Source: an uncultured delta proteobacterium (GTDB lineage Bacteria > Myxococcota_A > Polyangia > Polyangiales > JAFGIB01). Taken from it: DNA of 64,000 nt. Where the stretch lies: the NCBI GenBank assembly GCA_963778655.1, contig CAVZVA010000009.1, positions 544,001 through 608,000 of the forward strand. The letters run 5' to 3'. Both the position numbers and the translations under genes were made by a program. This document shows, piece by piece, positions 62,018 through 64,000 of the stretch. The notes beneath the pieces are model-generated. The model had not been told where the DNA came from, did no database searches, and saw only the letters and a list, made by a program, of their open reading frames with translations. Numbering within the stretch: the first letter of the stretch is position 1; each line of letters begins with the position of its first letter.

Positions 62018-63409
62018 ATGCGTGTCATGAAGCTCGCAGCCACAAAGCTCGGATGCATCCATCGCCTGCCGCCGGCGGGCCATCCCTACGGTCCTGGCAC
62101 GCTGATCGTCGGCAAATACCGGCTCGAGTCTCAGCTCGGCGAGGGCGGTATGGGCACGGTCTGGCTCGCCCGAAACGAGACTTTGGACGCACCGGTTGCG
62201 CTCAAGCTGATCCGGTCGGGGATGCAGAACGAAGAGACTGCGGAACGGCTGCTGCTCGAAGCGCGTGTCGAAGCAAAGCTCAAACACCCTAACATCGTGC
62301 GGGTCTTCGATTTTGGTCACACCGACCTGGGCGACGCGTTTATCGTCATGGAGGTGCTCAGCGGCATCAGCCTCAGCGAGTTGCTGAAGCAGCGGGGTCG
62401 TCTGGGCGCAGTGGAGGCCGTCCAAGTCGTCTTGCCGGTCGTTGCGGCCCTTCGCCATGCGCACGAAAACGGTGTGGTGCACCGGGACATCAAGCCGGGG
62501 AACATCTTTCTCGACCGGGGTGGGTTGGGCCAGGGGACCAAGCTTTTGGATTTCGGCATCGCCAAGCTCGCGGACGACGAATTCCACAGCCACATAACAC
62601 AAAACGGCAAGTTGCTCGGGAGTCCGGCGTACATGGCGCCCGAGCAGGCAACGGGCTCCGCGAGCGTGGATCACCGCGCGGACATTTGGGCGACGTGCGT
62701 GATTCTCTACGAGGCCATTTCGGGCCTGCCCGCGTTCTCCGGGGACGGATACGTGGTCCTGCGCAAAGTTATCGACGACCAGGTGCTGGCCCTCGAGGAC
62801 ACTGGGGCCGGAGAGCCCGCCCTCTGGCGCATTCTCAGTCGTGGCATGAGAAAGGATCCCTCACAGCGCTTTCAATCGGCCCGGGACCTAGGAAGCGCGC
62901 TGGCGCAGTGGCTTTGCGACCAGGGCAAAAGTGAGGACCTGGACGGTAACGGTATTGCGCGACATTGGGGTGTTGCAGGTCCTTCTCCGGGGACCACATC
63001 GCCGCCCGCAGTCAAACCGCGCCGCGATCTGCAGATGTTCGAGCTGCCCGGAGCGCAGGCCGCGACCTTCGGCACCGTGCCGCAGCATCGTGGCAAGAGC
63101 CATCGCGCCGCCGCGGCCCTGCGCATTGCCGCGGCGTTGGCGTTCGCGCTCGCCGTACTGCTCGTGCCTTCCGAGATTGGAGGCGGGCCTACGGAACGCA
63201 CGGCTCGGGAGCCCGAGCAGAGCGCTGCTTCTACGGATGAACGGGCAACTCGAGTGGAGGAGGCGGCTGCAGGCGAGCCGCCGGTTGCGGATGGTACGTC
63301 GACCCGAGCGGCAGCGCCACGGAGGTCCGCCCATCCATGGCCGCGCCACGCCAAGCACTCGTCCCGGCGGATTACAGAGGCTTCTCTTGACCTCAAGGTC
63401 CCGTACTGA
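62018..63409 (+). CDS. Hanks-type Ser/Thr protein kinase with TM segment
   Basis: LGEGGMG, VALK, HRDIKPGN, DFG, GSPAYMAPE, DIWA; TM IAAALAFALAVLLV. Confidence 0.95.
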   Translation: MRVMKLAATKLGCIHRLPPAGHPYGPGTLIVGKYRLESQLGEGGMGTVWLARNETLDAPVALKLIRSGMQNEETAERLLLEARVEAKLKHPNIVRVFDFGHTDLGDAFIVMEVLSGISLSELLKQRGRLGAVEAVQVVLPVVAALRHAHENGVVHRDIKPGNIFLDRGGLGQGTKLLDFGIAKLADDEFHSHITQNGKLLGSPAYMAPEQATGSASVDHRADIWATCVILYEAISGLPAFSGDGYVVLRKVIDDQVLALEDTGAGEPALWRILSRGMRKDPSQRFQSARDLGSALAQWLCDQGKSEDLDGNGIARHWGVAGPSPGTTSPPAVKPRRDLQMFELPGAQAATFGTVPQHRGKSHRAAAALRIAAALAFALAVLLVPSEIGGGPTERTAREPEQSAASTDERATRVEEAAAGEPPVADGTSTRAAAPRRSAHPWPRHAKHSSRRITEASLDLKVPY

Positions 63410-64000
63410 TGTGCGCTCGAACCGTCATGTTCATCGGCGTCCGAGTGATCACTGTCGTCGCTTGCATGCGAATGGCGATTTTGCCCGCGCTTGCCCAGGC
63501 AGGGGATTCGGGCGGAGATTCCAACGGGAAACGAACGCGAGGGCAGACCGCCGAGGCCCGCCATCTAGCCGGGGTCGCAGCCTTTGCCAAGGGTCGCTAC
63601 CGGGAAGCGATCGAGCTGTTCCTGGAGGCCAACCGCCTGCGGCCGAGGGCAGCGATCTCGTTCAATATTGCGCGCTGCTACGAGCAAATGGAGGACGCTT
63701 CGAGCGCAATCACTTGGTACCGAGACTATCTACGACGGTCAGATCACCCTAGCGATGGTAGGCGCATAGCTCGTCGCATCGCCGGGCTCGAAAGGCGTCT
63801 CGCCCAACGAAGCGCGAAACAGGAAATCGTCGAATCGGGGCCGAAAGAACGGGCGTTGAACGTCGAGCTCGCGCCTGCGCCCGAGCTCGGCTCGAAGATG
63901 AGTCGACCGCCGCGTCTCGAAGAAGGTGCCGCCGTAGTCGAGGTGCAGCCCGCACTGGGGCAGCGGGGCCGGGCGATCCTGAGCGCACCGCAAGAACGCG
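63409..64000 (+). CDS. Exported TPR protein (runs off the window end)
   Basis: Not in the ORF track. ATG overlaps the kinase stop (TGATG); AGVAAFAKGRYREAIELFLEANRL..SFNIARCYEQM..AITWYRDYL; frame stays open to 64000. Confidence 0.8.
   Translation, partial: MCARTVMFIGVRVITVVACMRMAILPALAQAGDSGGDSNGKRTRGQTAEARHLAGVAAFAKGRYREAIELFLEANRLRPRAAISFNIARCYEQMEDASSAITWYRDYLRRSDHPSDGRRIARRIAGLERRLAQRSAKQEIVESGPKERALNVELAPAPELGSKMSRPPRLEEGAAVVEVQPALGQRGRAILSAPQER

Noticed and set aside
63739..64000. Convergent minus-strand gene at the window end
   Set aside because: It overlaps the open TPR frame and has no recognisable motif; cannot be judged without flanking sequence.

Overview
High-GC bacterial DNA whose gene content (eukaryote-like Ser/Thr kinases, Cys-rich and Gly/Ser-rich lipoproteins, TPR proteins) suggests a myxobacterium (Polyangiales-like; inference). 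No rRNA, complete tRNA, CRISPR array, integrase or transposase was seen. The left half (1-27.5 kb) holds a kinase/Cys-rich lipoprotein operon, assorted oxidoreductases, a wHTH-NTPase regulator, malic enzyme, a GH5 lipoprotein and a GMC pair. The strongest candidate for an undescribed system is at 7611-11443: a stand-alone cyclic-nucleotide-binding (CNB) protein overlapping a 1115-aa fusion of CNB domain, flavin-dependent-halogenase-like domain, CxxC-x10-CxxC knuckle and FAD/NAD/[2Fe-2S] reductase. The right half (28-62 kb) looks like an accessory stress/carbon-storage block: cyclic beta-1,2-glucan synthase, desaturase plus reductase, a pgm-glgP-xfp-fba-P3A H+-ATPase operon, TMEM175, USP, a site-2 protease, and a signalling operon with a three-domain KaiC-like ATPase, a GAF histidine kinase and a hemerythrin-like protein. 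Four apparent +1 insertions (~3828, ~47443, ~55940, ~57358) disrupt or fuse genes and may be assembly errors. All calls come from motif recognition by eye; no searches were run.
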